64,000 bases of DNA from Bispira polyomma (lineage: Eukaryota), in NCBI GenBank assembly GCA_965649765.1, contig OZ287751.1, forward strand, positions 59,768,001 to 59,832,000. Reading direction: 5' to 3'. The notes beneath the pieces were generated by a model. That model saw nothing but the letters and a program-made list of their open reading frames with translations, was not told where the DNA came from and did no database searches. This document shows, one piece after another, positions 25,058 through 37,755 of the stretch. The position numbers were made by a program, and so were the translations under genes. Each line of letters begins with the position of its first letter. The stretch's first letter is position 1.

Positions 25058-28000
25058 CTAGATTTTAAAATGCAATATTCCATCAACTAGTGAGAGTTTT
25101 AATTTGGAAATTATTAGTGAACGATATAGGAGTATAATTTTACTATTGTAAAACCACAAAATGTTTTGAACTTATCCGGGATATAAGCCAGTATAGTGTC
25201 ATTTTAGAATGTTGCTTTCATGTTTTCCCGTACACTGCTTTCGGAGAACCTTATTTATCTGAACAATATAAAATAGTAGTTTGAGTGTAGTTTCAATGAT
25301 TCAGTGATGAGTCCTTTGCCCAGGGAACAATGTGATCTCATGTGACACTATGGCAAATGACTTGGGGGATGACCACTTATTCTAGTCTGTCTAAATCCTC
25401 TGTCATTGGGTTCCCCTGAGGCTGATAAATGACCATCCCAAAACCACTTAGTTATGTGAATAACAATTACTGGTGATGGTAAGCTGTACTTAGAGACTCC
25501 CAAAGAAAGGTAAATTAGTGTTTTGAATGTAAGATACAGGTAACTAAATGGGCTGAGTACAAAATTGAATACAACTACTATACATGACTTGCACTGAGAT
25601 GTACATACTGTTATGCTGGGTGGATTGTATCCATTCCAGAAGTGTGTGTATGAGTCCCCATCCTCATCTACTTTGTCCAGGTATGGGACAGCCTGAAACT
25701 GGATGAGGTCTATCTTAAGGGGTTTAACTACCGGGCTCCTGGTGGTGATCACTTCTAGCTGGTAGTCCAGGTGATAAGCTTTAGACTCCTCGTCTATCCA
25801 CTCACTCTCATCTATCCTGTACTGGCAGGTGAAGCTCTCTTCTCCAGTCCTACCAGGCTGGTATACAATTAGGTCAGCTGCTCACAAAATGAGACATAGA
25901 GCTCAAGTGTTACCAATGGCCATGATTTTATGAATTTTACTATTATATACATACATATTGAATATTTTAGCCAAACAAGACTTAGCTAATAAGTGGTGTC
26001 TGAGTGAAGTAATTACCTAACATCCAGCATCTAGTGTGTAATCTTTTGCCGTTAGCCCTGCCATTTAGTAAGATTTTAAAATGGCAAAAAATATTTGACA
26101 TTTATTATTGATAGCAAAATGTTCACGTATATCTTTCATGTTCAACAGGGTATAGCACAAAGAAAAATGTATGCTGATTATGTAGTGAGTCTTGAACAAC
26201 GGGTTATGTAATATGCTGAGATATGTAATATAACAGGTCTATAACATTCTAACACAATATATATGGTGCAATAGAATAGTTTGGAGATTGGATGCAGAAT
26301 TATTTACCAGATGAGTCAATGTTGAATTTCTGCACACAGCCCAGAACTGTACCACTGGGTGTGATTACCCGGCAAGCAATAGGTAGTGTAGACCTGAGGT
26401 AGACTTTGGCAGGTAGGTCATCTCCCTCAAACACATTCATAGAATAGCTGGAAGGCTGCAAGCGGGGTGTGAAAAAAAGACTAACAACAGTAATGGTTCT
26501 ATCACATTGACCATGGTCCGTATTCCCCTAAAGAAGCTCAACTCAAATGAAGGCTGTGGAAGTCCATCTATGTAGCAACAACCTATACTTGTCACTATTT
26601 GTTTTAGAAGAACATTCAGCATTCTATTCACTGTATTTAACTGCACTGCAGAGTTGTGGATACCATATATTTAAGCTTGAAATTTTTGGAGAATACAGCC
26701 GCTAAATAAACCTTTACCTTCTGCTGGGATGTGCTTAAGGAATTGGCTGAAGGGACCAGAGACAAGGGACCAGTATGTTAAGAATATCATATTCCATATT
26801 CATTGAAGTGACAGAAAGTTTTACATGCAGATGTACCCCATGATGTGGAAATTTGGTTAGCAATAGAAGTACACGTACACCTACTTAAGCAGAATTTCTA
26901 TTAAACACAGAAACACGGAAAACAAAGAAAAGACCTGTGTTGAGTTCCACTTAAAGGGATGTGGCTGTAATGATATTTGATAAAAATGTCAGTATGTGGT
27001 CCAGTGAATCTCAAATTAGTCAATTATCAAATATATAATCACATTTATATCGCCAAAGAAAGGCTAACTTTGTATGTGAGGCTTAGTCCATCACTGATAT
27101 TTACCAGATGGGATTGAACTGTTGAAAAACCTCTGTGTGTGTGTAATCAGTTGAAGCTTTGCTCTTCACTGACACAGATATTTATTATTATATTGTTCTT
27201 CTCTTTTATGAATTTAATACTAATGGAAAAAGTATTCCACCTCCACCCCCGTCTCCACTCTCAAATCTGTATATATAAATGGTAATTTTCTGTATTACCA
27301 TTTCTGTATGTTTGTTTTGTAAATCATACTTTTTAATATTGGTGGGTTTGTGTCCCTCACCACATTTATGTAAATAAATAATATATATATAAGTCACTTG
27401 TGTGATGTAATAAAATTTTAAAGATCTTGTATGCTTGGTTTAATATATACATTTTTGTCAGTTGAGTAAACTGACCATTTCAATCCACATCCTGTGTTTT
27501 TATTTTAGTTTATAAATATTCCTGAATTTGGGCTGATATAAATATTATTTTGATTATGGGCATAGTTGGGTATAGTTGTATGGGTTTAGTCATTGACAAC
27601 ATTTAGTACATAAATTTTAGTCATTAAAGTACATTAGTGACTTACCTCTATACCTATAAAGTACCCTTCACTCATATATGACATACTCTTATTATGAGAC
27701 GTTCTTGTGAAGTATGAGCGTACAGCACAGCTCAGCTGAAAAGAGTATGAACAATGTCAGGTACACAATGTCTACTAAGTGCAAATAGGCTGGATAAAAT
27801 CACTTTTAATTTGCCATTAAACTACATTAGCTGTTGCTGTCCATACAAACATTTACTAGTGCATGCATTCTTTTAGAAAAAGATATAAGTACTAAAGTAA
27901 ATGATTAGCTTGAATTTGAAATAAATGTTTTAGGCACTATCCATTGTTTTATCGCTTTCTTAATTCCATTAACAACCCACTTACCCACGTCCCCAGATTT

Positions 28001-29523
28001 CCGTGTAGGTATTTTTCATGGAGTGGAACAGTCTTCATTGTTCCATCCACAGTGACGACAGGTACATTGGACCTGTGTTCGCCATCAAACAAGAAGGTCA
28101 CCTCAAAGCCCACTTAATCTACATCTGTTTGGTTATATGGGATGTTACAGTGGAAGTAGATGTAGGTTCTGTTCAGTACCACTGGTCCGAGCAGTTTGGG
28201 ACAGCTTGTCAAGGCTGGGGCTATCACTGTGTGGTATACAAGGATTATGGATGCAGGGCTTAAATTGTCAAAATATCCGTTGTATGTAATCATATTGACA
28301 ATTAATAATAAAAGTGAAAGATATAACAATAGTGGCAGTCTTTAACAGTCATAAAATGTTTACCTTCACAGTCTCCTGATTCCGTCTCTATTTCATTTAG
28401 TCCACAGGATCCTAAATGCAACAGAACATAAGGAATTGATTAGTGGTCGCTGTGTAAAATTAGCACCAATATAATAGGATCTCCTGTTTCAAACACACTC
28501 TACGATCTATACAGGTGAGGCTTGGTGGTGTATATCCTACAGGTTGGGGGTGTTAACTTGGTTATGAAGTTCTTTAATCACCAATAAATAAGTACAAGCT
28601 CGAGTATTTTATTTTTATTATACAAACTGACTAGAGTGTATTTTAAAGCAAATAATAAGATATTTGCCAACTTACTGTGCATTAGTTTTTGTACTTACTG
28701 TGAACTATTTATAGGTACATTAATCTCCCAGATAAAGCTATAAACTGTGCATTGGCGGCTTTTGTGTTTGATGCACACATTCTGTCTCTGTAATGGGTGT
28801 CAAAGTGCATCCTTATTAAATTTGATAATGCAGCTGTCGTCAGCATACTGGCAGGACCAGGGATGAGTCCCAGACCACTTGTGTTAGGCACATACATATA
28901 TATGCTGGTTAGTAAGGTCAAAGTTCGACACATATTAAAGGTAAATAATAATATATAGATTAGGTAATATGACATGATGTGTTTGTGGTTTTAGGTCTGG
29001 TTTATGCCAGTTGTATTTGTATTTAGTATATTTCCAGATTTATCTGTAGCACATAGCAGGTTGATGTGTACTGGATATGCTTTACTACTTCAACTGGCAG
29101 GGCATACAATATCATGTTTAAGATATCAATAGCTTTTTTCGTATTGATGGACTGGCCCATAAATCAGGTGACAGTGCCATTCCTATTGTTGTTGCTGGAG
29201 TTTTGAACCTAAATAACATATCAGCTCAACAGATGATCAAACTATCTGTTAGCTGACCTGTGGTAGTGGTTTAGCTATAAAATTATAAGCTATTCTACAC
29301 AGTTTGGATGGCTCTGCTTTATGAAATAGCAATCACCTTGCATAAACCTTTGTAAGCAAAAATTTATAAAAAATTTCATATGAAAGTGCTCACATTGTTG
29401 AAAATATAAAATTTATGTGTGCGGTTAGAAATAAGATGAGATCATCCTAGTCTACAATATTAGAGACAATAACTGGTTGTCAAAATTTTGAAATAGCGGA
29501 CATGAGGTAGTAGTTTTACTAAC

Positions 29524-30784
29524 CTTCTGACTCACATCCCCCAGCATCTATCTCAGTTTGATCTGTTCGGAACACCCATCGTCCAGGTTTTCCAATATTG
29601 CTTGTCTCTTCTATGTCAGTGACATCAGGGGTTCGAGAGCCAGGGATAAGGAAGAACTTCTCACCGTCACCAGTGTTAAAGCCAGCCTAGATAGCAGAAC
29701 CGGGTGTTTGTTACTGTTATTACATTTCACACAGTAAACATGCAGATACTATATCAATTAAAAGTAGGTTTTATGCAAAGTAGCTAACTTAAAAATTTAA
29801 ATGACAATGGGATATAACTTGTTATTCTATAACATACCTTCACTCTAACAATTCTTCTAAAGTACTTAGTTATTATACTATAAGAGACTCACACATGTAT
29901 TCTTGCTTGTATAACAGGGCTTACCTGGGCATGTACTGGCATCCAGCTGTTAATTGTCCAGGTTATGTTACCATAGTTATAGACAGTGAATGAGTAGACA
30001 CTGTCAGAAAGGATGGCCATCTGAAATGTGTTCACCTGGAAAAAACCCATTCCAATGTCACTAAATTGTGTGATGTTGACATATATGAATCATAGTCAAC
30101 TTCTATGGATACTTAAGTTTTTTCCTGCTACTAAATTTAGGAATTTATGCCCATAGATGAGATATAATTCCTGGACCTACTATAATTAAAAATATACCTT
30201 TTGATTGAGAGGTCATTTTTATCCAAAGTTGTATGGAATTTCTGTAATATAGTGGCAACAATTTATTTTATGTTGTTTTTCAATGTATGAATACTTTAAC
30301 TGTTTAATTATTCATTTATTCAACAATTGCATATATATCAGTAATCTAAATAGATATCCATGTACCAGTCCTTGCCCTAGCTTCCCATATTTTTTGTTTT
30401 TAACCGAGTACCCGATTAAAACATCAATATAATGTAAACTAATATGTACAAGTCTCTGGCAGACTAAGGCAGTATTTGGGCACTTACAGGTGAAGCTTGA
30501 TTACCACCATAGTCTGTGACATTGATCCACGTCACCACATAAGCCCAAGTAGCCTTGAAGAAGTACAAGCCCCTGGGACCAAAAACTTGTAACACATCTG
30601 TGGTCAGTCTGTCCAGCAAATCAGGGTCAACCGTCTCTCTGTAGTAAATTTTGCCATCATTTCTAGAGGCATCCACATCAGCCCAGAATGCGGCCAGGAA
30701 GACATAGCTACCTTTAAAAGGGAATGCCTGAGGTTGGTAGTTGGTTACTTGTGTCTCGAAGGAGATACCACCAACAGAATTGAC
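29524..30784 (-). CDS. Copy A exons 2-4: NIDO domain (span includes two introns)
   Basis: FLAAFWADVD, VVTW, VNTFQ, YNYGNITW, AGFNTGDG, SNIGKPGRWVFR are standard NIDO motifs. Confidence 0.85.
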
Positions 30785-32283
30785 CTGGTATAAAAAAGGA
30801 TTAGTTGAAGACTCTCATTTGCAAAGACTTGGCATATTGAACATGTAGCAGTGAGTCAGCGCATTATGTATTGTGATAACTCTTAATTCATGTATATCTT
30901 CTGATGAATCATGCTGCCTCATTTATTCATCAATATTTTTAGGGCCTACAGAAATATTTACTTTCATTTTTTTGGGAGTTCGGAATCAGTGCACTTTTGA
31001 ATAATTGCAATAGTTCCATTTCTTTTTTATAGATCAGGGTCTATAAGGTCAGTCTTAGACTTAAATCTAGTATACTTTTGTGCTAGGTTTAAGCCTAAGA
31101 TTTGGCTAAGCCCGTTATTGAATACGGGCCCTAAAAATAGTTGATAGATCAATGTATATTTCAATTGTGTCAAATTATTCATATATGGTTTTATTACAAC
31201 TAACACCCGAGTGTTAAAGATGTTGACTATATGTGTGCATGTAATGCGTGTGTGCAGAGGTCTGTTTTACAGCTTAAGAGTAAACCATTCAATCTCAGGT
31301 TATTTACTTTTACATTTTTTTATATAAGTATCTGTTAAGAACTAAGCCTATCAAATATACAGACGACAGACACAAGTTTTTCACACAATACTTGTATTTC
31401 CATATTTTTGTTAAAAGACACCTTTGCATGGGTATGTGCATTGTTTATTTTATTCATCAAACCCCCCATGGATCATATTTCATGAAACCCTCTAAGGATC
31501 ATATGTTCTGTAGAACTCTAAAAGATACCTCAGGCTTGAATACTAATTTAACTGTTCAAGTTTTGGATGAGGAAGTTGATTAGGTACAATATACACTAAT
31601 ATTATTATCATAGTTTTGTGTGCATAGATTCAAAATCAATTAACTTTACACCCCTGAATGCAGAGTATGTAACATAGTTTCAATGTACAGATTTGAAACA
31701 AGAATTGCTTTGAAAAGACAAACGCCTAGCTTTGGAGAACCTATTTAAGTTGAACTTCAAGGGACTAGGAGAAATACCTCTACTTAAGTAGGATTTCAAC
31801 TTTACAGGGTATATTTTATATTAAATGGCTTAGTGGGATAACATATTTTGTCCACATTAAAAGGGAAATTGACCAAACAGAGTTCTCTTTACCAAAGTAT
31901 CAGTTTATTTGTGTAAGCCTGTATATAATGGGGCAGTCCCACTCGCAAGACCTATTTGGAGTAGACCCCGATAATGCGGTCGGCAGCAATCGTTAGTATT
32001 TTGCCCCGATTCTAAAAAAACTGATTGACAAAGATAGGTCCTTACAACCAGTTACGATCATAAAAATAGGTCGTTGTCATCCCCGATAGGTCTGTACCTC
32101 GATCCCGATAGGTCACTACCTTGATCTTGATTACTCGCTACCACGATCCCGATTGGGAAGATAGATATTTCAATTTTGCAATCGGAAGATGTACGGAACC
32201 TCCCAATTTGCCCCTAAAAGCATATATAGTAGCAGAGCTCACATATCCAGACAGTTTTTTTTTTAGAAATTGACTGAGGGACA

Positions 32284-33270
32284 TGATACCATAAAGGATA
32301 ATAGATGTGGACGGAATTTTACAAGCTTTATTAGCATTTATGCGTATACAATTATTTACACTTTTCAAAGAAGGTCAAAGAAGAAGACAAAATCTCATAC
32401 CGGCACAGAATCAGAATCAGGATAATAATATAGGGATCCGGAGAGGCAGAGCACGAAGGAGATTCCGGGTGAAGCCATTGCTCAAGGATAGGGAGGAGTA
32501 CGGTCACTACTTGGCACTTCTGCCACAGATGGAAGCACAAGAAATATGGTCATATAGCAACTTTTTGAGGATGACTTCAGACTTTTTCCATAAATGGCAA
32601 ACACATAGCAAAGATGTCCAAGGAAGGAGGGGGGAGTGAGTACTTCAACAACAATACTCCATCGATATGCTGGCCCTGGTGGATGCTGAGTACTGCTTCA
32701 TGTGGGTGGACCTTGGTTGCAGTGGCTCCTGGTCTGATTCCCACATTTTCAACCTATCTGAATTGAAGGAAAAGATTGAGAACCAGTCTATCAACATCCC
32801 CCCTCCTTATCCCATAAGCCCTGGTAGGCCCCCAACCCCCTATTTCATCACGGGAGACAACACATTTGCATCAAAGACCAGGATGATTAAACCTTTCTCC
32901 AATCAAAGCATGTTTAACTACAGGATATCCGGGAGTAGAAGGGTGGTGGAGAATGCCTTTCGAATATTAGTGGCAAGGTTTAGACTTTTACTGTCAACGA
33001 TGTAGCAGGAACCACCTGTGGTAGCCACCTTAAGCCTAGCCTGTGTAGTCCTCTACAACATGCTCAGAAGTGCAAATATCTACCAGGAAGGAGAGCACCC
33101 AAACCCAGCAGGTGACCCCTACCCCCCTTCCACAGGATGCACCGATGAGAAATCATCACAACCCAGCTAACATCAGAAAACCTAGCCGAGTAGCCAAGGA
33201 ACAGAGAAAAGCCCTGATGGACTACTTCATAAACAAGAGGGCAGGTGATATGTTTTTTAACTCCGATTGA
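32284..33270 (+). pseudogene. Harbinger (HARBI1-like) DDE transposase remnant
   Basis: SNFLRMT..F, LALVDAEYCFMWVDLG..GSWSD..IF, GDNTF, FNYRISGSRRVVENAF.IL..RFR. Confidence 0.85.
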
Positions 33271-34020
33271 ACTTAACGGGGTGAGGATACGATACAACTT
33301 ACACCCAATAGGATCTGACATATTCACTCCCGACCAATAGGATCGAACTTTTGCTTCAACGTAACAGAAGCCAGGTCCGCAGCAGTGCCTTTGTGAGGAC
33401 AGTCCCCAGCTTCACACAATACGAGCACCAGGTTCTACCTATGTTTCTCAGCAGATACCTTCGTATCAACCGCAGCAGCCTCAACATCCAACACAGCATT
33501 CCCAAGTTCTCGTGCTGAATAAAGCTACCACCTCCCAGATGGCTCCGCATCAGCTACTCCAGAGTTAGAGTCAGCCTTATTCTGTTATGGGTTCCTATGA
33601 AGGTGAAAATGGCTAGCCCTTCACCCAGTAAACAGTTCTCAAACCCACCATCAAACATATTAGTGATGTATGAGGATTCGGCATAGTTATGAACATTCCA
33701 GTGCCCCCAAAACCCCAGCACTTCTTTTACCAGATATGCAGCAGCTAGAACCATCTTCAATGGTTACAGTGAACGTACAGCAACTGACAGATCAGCAGCA
33801 ACAGCAACTTGGATCGATCACACAGCAACAGCGACAGCTCCACTTCCTGCCCGCTTCACCTCGACATCCAACACCCACTCCACAGCCAACACCACCGCCG
33901 CAGTAGCCAGTCAGCAATCTCCTGGGCGGTCCTTTTCAGACCGCCATGCATCACCTCAGGCCCTGTTCAGGGCCACCCGAATCTTCCAAGAACAATATAT
34001 TGAGCGATTTTGTTGAAAAC

Positions 34021-34322
34021 CCCAAACAACAGATTACACCATCCTTTCAAAAACAGTTCACACATACAGACAGAAAGAATAATATCATTGGCCTAAACCT
34101 CAAATATTAGCCCCAAATGTAATCCCAAACAAACAGATTACACCGTCCTTTCAAAAGCAATTCACACATACAGACAGAATTGGCCAAGAGTTCAAATCCC
34201 AAAATATTAGCACAAACAAACAGATTACTTTGTCCCCTCACACATACAGACAGAAGTTATGAGTCATTGGCCCAAATTTTAAACCCCTAGATATACCCCG
34301 GACCAGACATTACACCGTCCCA
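34021..34322 (+). repeat. Imperfect ~90-105-bp tandem repeat, 3-4 copies
   Basis: aaacagattacacc.tcc..cacacatacagacaga recurs at about 34021, 34124, 34211 and 34301. Confidence 0.7.
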
Positions 34323-34981
34323 ACATAAAAAATTGTCCCCACCAAAAGTAAAAATTATATGATTTTACATCTCCCAGTAACAGAAATAAAGAAAGCCCAC
34401 ATAATTACCAAATTGAGAGAACAAGTCCCGATTTCCATTGCAAATTTTTTTTTCAAATAATAAAAGAAAATAAATGATTTGCAAACAATTTAGAAAAAAG
34501 AAATAAGCAACTCTTTGTAACCCCATAGTTGTGCAATAGAAAGAGTTTCTCATAGACAAAATAAACAAATTCCTGAGATATTCCTCTTACAAACAAGTGG
34601 TCACACCACTTGCAGGATTTGAACCCAGTTTTGTTTCCAAACAAGTGGTCACACAAATGACAAAGTTAAAAAAAAAAAGATTTGTAACAGTGAATAGGCC
34701 ATGAACTATCTAATGCTGGAAAATCTGTATGTTATATATTATGGGGGTCCCCAGTTGGGATTTATAATGTCAGTGTAAGGCCTTGGGTTCGAATCTGTTA
34801 CAATAAGGGGTTTAATACATCAGTGTGTGTGTTTGGGTAAAAAAAATTCAATTTTGGTGGGGATGTGCTATGTATGGTTTGTATGGTGGGGCCACAAATT
34901 TTACATGTGTGAGGATTGGGTTTGATCCCTAGGAAGTGTTTTGTCTGAGTTGTGATTGGGTGAAGGGGTGTAACAAACAGC

Positions 34982-35880
34982 CTAGTAAATGTTCTTGAAA
35001 TATTTGGGTGGTCCTGAAAAGGACCTTTTTTGATTACAGCTCAGCTTGAGGTGGCTTCTCATCAGGCTCAGGTGGTTAGGCTCATGCTCAGGTAAAAGTT
35101 CATATTCGCTCATTTTGCCAAGGGACTGTCCCCTCATTGTTGAAGTATCCATCAATGTGTCCCTTTGTTGTTTGGCCCATCCAGATGGATTTCTGTCATT
35201 GGCCAGTTGATCCCCCACGAGGTTCTCCTCAGGCTCAGGCGGATCATCTTGAGGGCTGGGGTGCTCCAGGGCTGAGTTACTGCACTGACTTCTTCAATGT
35301 TAAGTGATATCACACAGGTTAAAGTCAGGTTTGAGGCCACCAGAGGATGCTGGTGCATGGTGGTCAGTAGAAGGCGGAACCTGCTCACCAATATCCCGAA
35401 GGCATTCTCAACTACCCTCCTTCCCCTTGATATCATGTAATTACATATTCTTTGCTGGAAGGCGTTGTCATCCAGCAGAAAGTAGCCACATCGCGTTGAG
35501 ATCCCTCAAATAGTGGTGCTGGTCTGGGCTCTGAGCTCTGAGTGGTTGAAAATTTTGGCGTCTGAACAGGAACCACTGCAGCCAATGTCCACCCAAATGA
35601 ATCTGTAATCAACATCAACCAGGGCTAACAGGACTATGGAGTGAAAGCCCCTATAGTTGAAAAATTCACTCCCAGCCTTGGGAGGTTTGTTTATAGCTAC
35701 ATGCTTTCCATCAATGGAGCCCACAGCATGAGGGACGTTCCATTGGTTCCTGTAGACTTCTTACAGTTTCAGCCAGTCAGCAGGGGAGGTTTGGCAGGCA
35801 AAATTTTCTGTCTCATTTTCCGTGATGATGGCCTTACAGACCTTTGGGATGATCTTAGCAAAGCTTCTCTCTTCTCGATT
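34982..35880 (-). pseudogene. Second Harbinger DDE transposase remnant (H2)
   Basis: [48 protein letters not shown]; SRGRRVVENAFGILVSRFR. Confidence 0.9.
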
Positions 35881-36498
35881 GCTGGCATTCTACTCAATTA
35901 TTTACTCAATATTACATAACGTTTAGGGTTCAAATGGGTATATATAGGGTTAGAAAGCGTTCCTGTAGCAGTCCAGTTTTTAAAAAGTTCAATCCTAGAG
36001 GTCTGGATCATCAATTCGTCAGATCCTATTGCCAATACATTCGATCCTGGGACGATACGTCATATCATATCGCCAATAAGTTTGATCCTACCAGGATCGG
36101 GAAGGTCGGGCAACCTTGGAGTCCAAAGTCGTATGACCATTAAGTTAGATCGAGATCGATGTCCCGTCAAAACGGGGCAAGCTCAGTTTGATCTGGAAGG
36201 TCAGGCCATATTTTAATTTTCCACCCCTAAAAATGGATTTCATTGATTTCTTGTCCCCGACCACCCCGATCTCAAAGTCGGGCCCATTTTGCCAATCGAA
36301 CTTGAGTATGGAACCACCACTTTATCGACATAAGTTATTTGTGGGGCCAGTTTGCTTCTTGTCATGAGGGTTTTTTTTTAAATATTGTTTTTTAAAAAAA
36401 CAGCTCAATTCATGTTTTGGGATGATTTGGATGGCCCTGCAAAGGTGTTGTCTGTTTTTAACCGTATGTCAGCAATATCCCCGAAGCCTGCAGGAGTC

Positions 36499-37755
36499 CT
36501 AATGTTCTGGTAGCTGGTGTATGGTGTGTTCAAATCTAAGTCTCTTGCAAATCAAGAGGTTCAAGGTATTTAGGATGTCACTGTCCACTGACTGTGGGTT
36601 TAGTGACAGAGGGTTTACTGACAGTGGTTTATAATAAGCTCCACTAGTCCCACTAGTCGCGCTGCCTCCAGATATCACTTGCTGGCTCTGAAGACCACTG
36701 GTGCTGGGCATCGATGGTAATGTAGGTAGTATTTGTGTTGTAATCACATGTGGCCCCGGCTGTGGCTGTGGGGGAGACTGTGGTGTTGGTTGTGGCGGTT
36801 GTGGCGGTGGCTGTTGATAAATGTAGTGTCCCTGCTGTGGTGGTTGAGGAATGTAAGATGGAGGTTCCATCTGGTAGTGGGGGAAAGCCTGCTGCTTTGG
36901 CAGAAAAGCTGCTGTTGGAGCTGTTGGAGCTGCTGCCCTGTCCTGGAGTGTGGAAAGACTCCCTCTTGAACTGCAGGGAGGAATGTTCTGGCAGTTTCCC
37001 CATCTCCATGGTCAACCAGTACAAAAAGGTTTCTTGTGCTCTTTCAGCTTGGGGTTTCTGTGCCTCCTTTAGGATCAATGTTATTGTCTCTTCCATCCTC
37101 CCAATGGAATCGCGCAACTCAATGCTAAACTGTCGCTCCTGGATAGGGGAAGAGGATCCAAAGGCTGTTGAAGACTTTGGTGAGGCGGCGTTGAGGGACG
37201 ACTCGATTTCGCCATGATCTGTATGGTAGTGGGACAACATACCAGGAGATTTATGAGGGTCAGCCCCCTTAGAAGCTGACAAGATAGGCTTGAAGCCGGC
37301 AAACTTGTTGAGCTGGCATCTGATATGCGACTTCAGGAAGTTGAAGTTGGTGTTCACCCACTGCTGTCGCTCGGACGGCAGCTTGCCCACTCAGCTTGCC
37401 GAAGATAGTGGATCATGCTTATTGTAGAGCCACTCATGGTCCTTCAGGAAGTCCACCACAGCCTCCTCCTGCTCATCGGTTAACAACACAGTTCTCATCT
37501 TCCCCTCCTTCCTCTCCTTTTGCAACTGAAGGCCGCCACCTCACTGTCCAGTGTATCCCACATATGCTGGGTATCCTGGGTATCCTGTATATCAAGAATC
37601 TCCTGGCCCAACTGATGAAAAAGTTCTTGGGTGTCACTGACTTGTGTTTCTAGAATAATTCCCTCATCATCTGTCTATCTCCCTTCAAACTCCCTCTCCT
37701 CTTCCTGTACTGGCTGTATCCTCCTCTTCTTTGCAACTCTTCTTTTTCCTGGCAT
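36499..37755 (-). pseudogene. Harbinger accessory DNA-binding protein remnant (MADF/Myb-SANT-like, BESS-like, Q/P-rich tail)
   Basis: LTDEQEEAVVDFLKDHEWLYNK (~37418-37485), FGKL, QQWVNTNFNFLKSHI, TFLYWLTMEMGKLP..LQFK. Sits next to a Harbinger nuclease. Confidence 0.65.

Larger units (their letters stand above)
31930..34330 (+). mobile_element. PIF/Harbinger transposon remnant H1 in intron 1 of copy A
   Basis: GC-richer block starting ggggcagtcccac after taat, with cccgat/atcg subterminal motifs, a nuclease remnant and a Q/P-rich remnant. The right boundary is uncertain. Confidence 0.7.

Noticed and set aside
26715-27170. Two exon-like snippets with GT donors (~26717 and ~27105)
   Set aside because: No recognisable protein similarity and not needed for phase continuity between exons 7 and 8; cannot be supported without transcripts.
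29085-29210. Possible extra exon between exons 4 and 5
   Set aside because: All three frames after the candidate acceptor hit a stop, and exons 4 and 5 already join in phase.
36733-37217. Plus-strand ORFs of 78 and 155 aa, and similar antisense ORFs over the EGF exon and YR elements
   Set aside because: Shadow frames of real minus-strand coding sequence.
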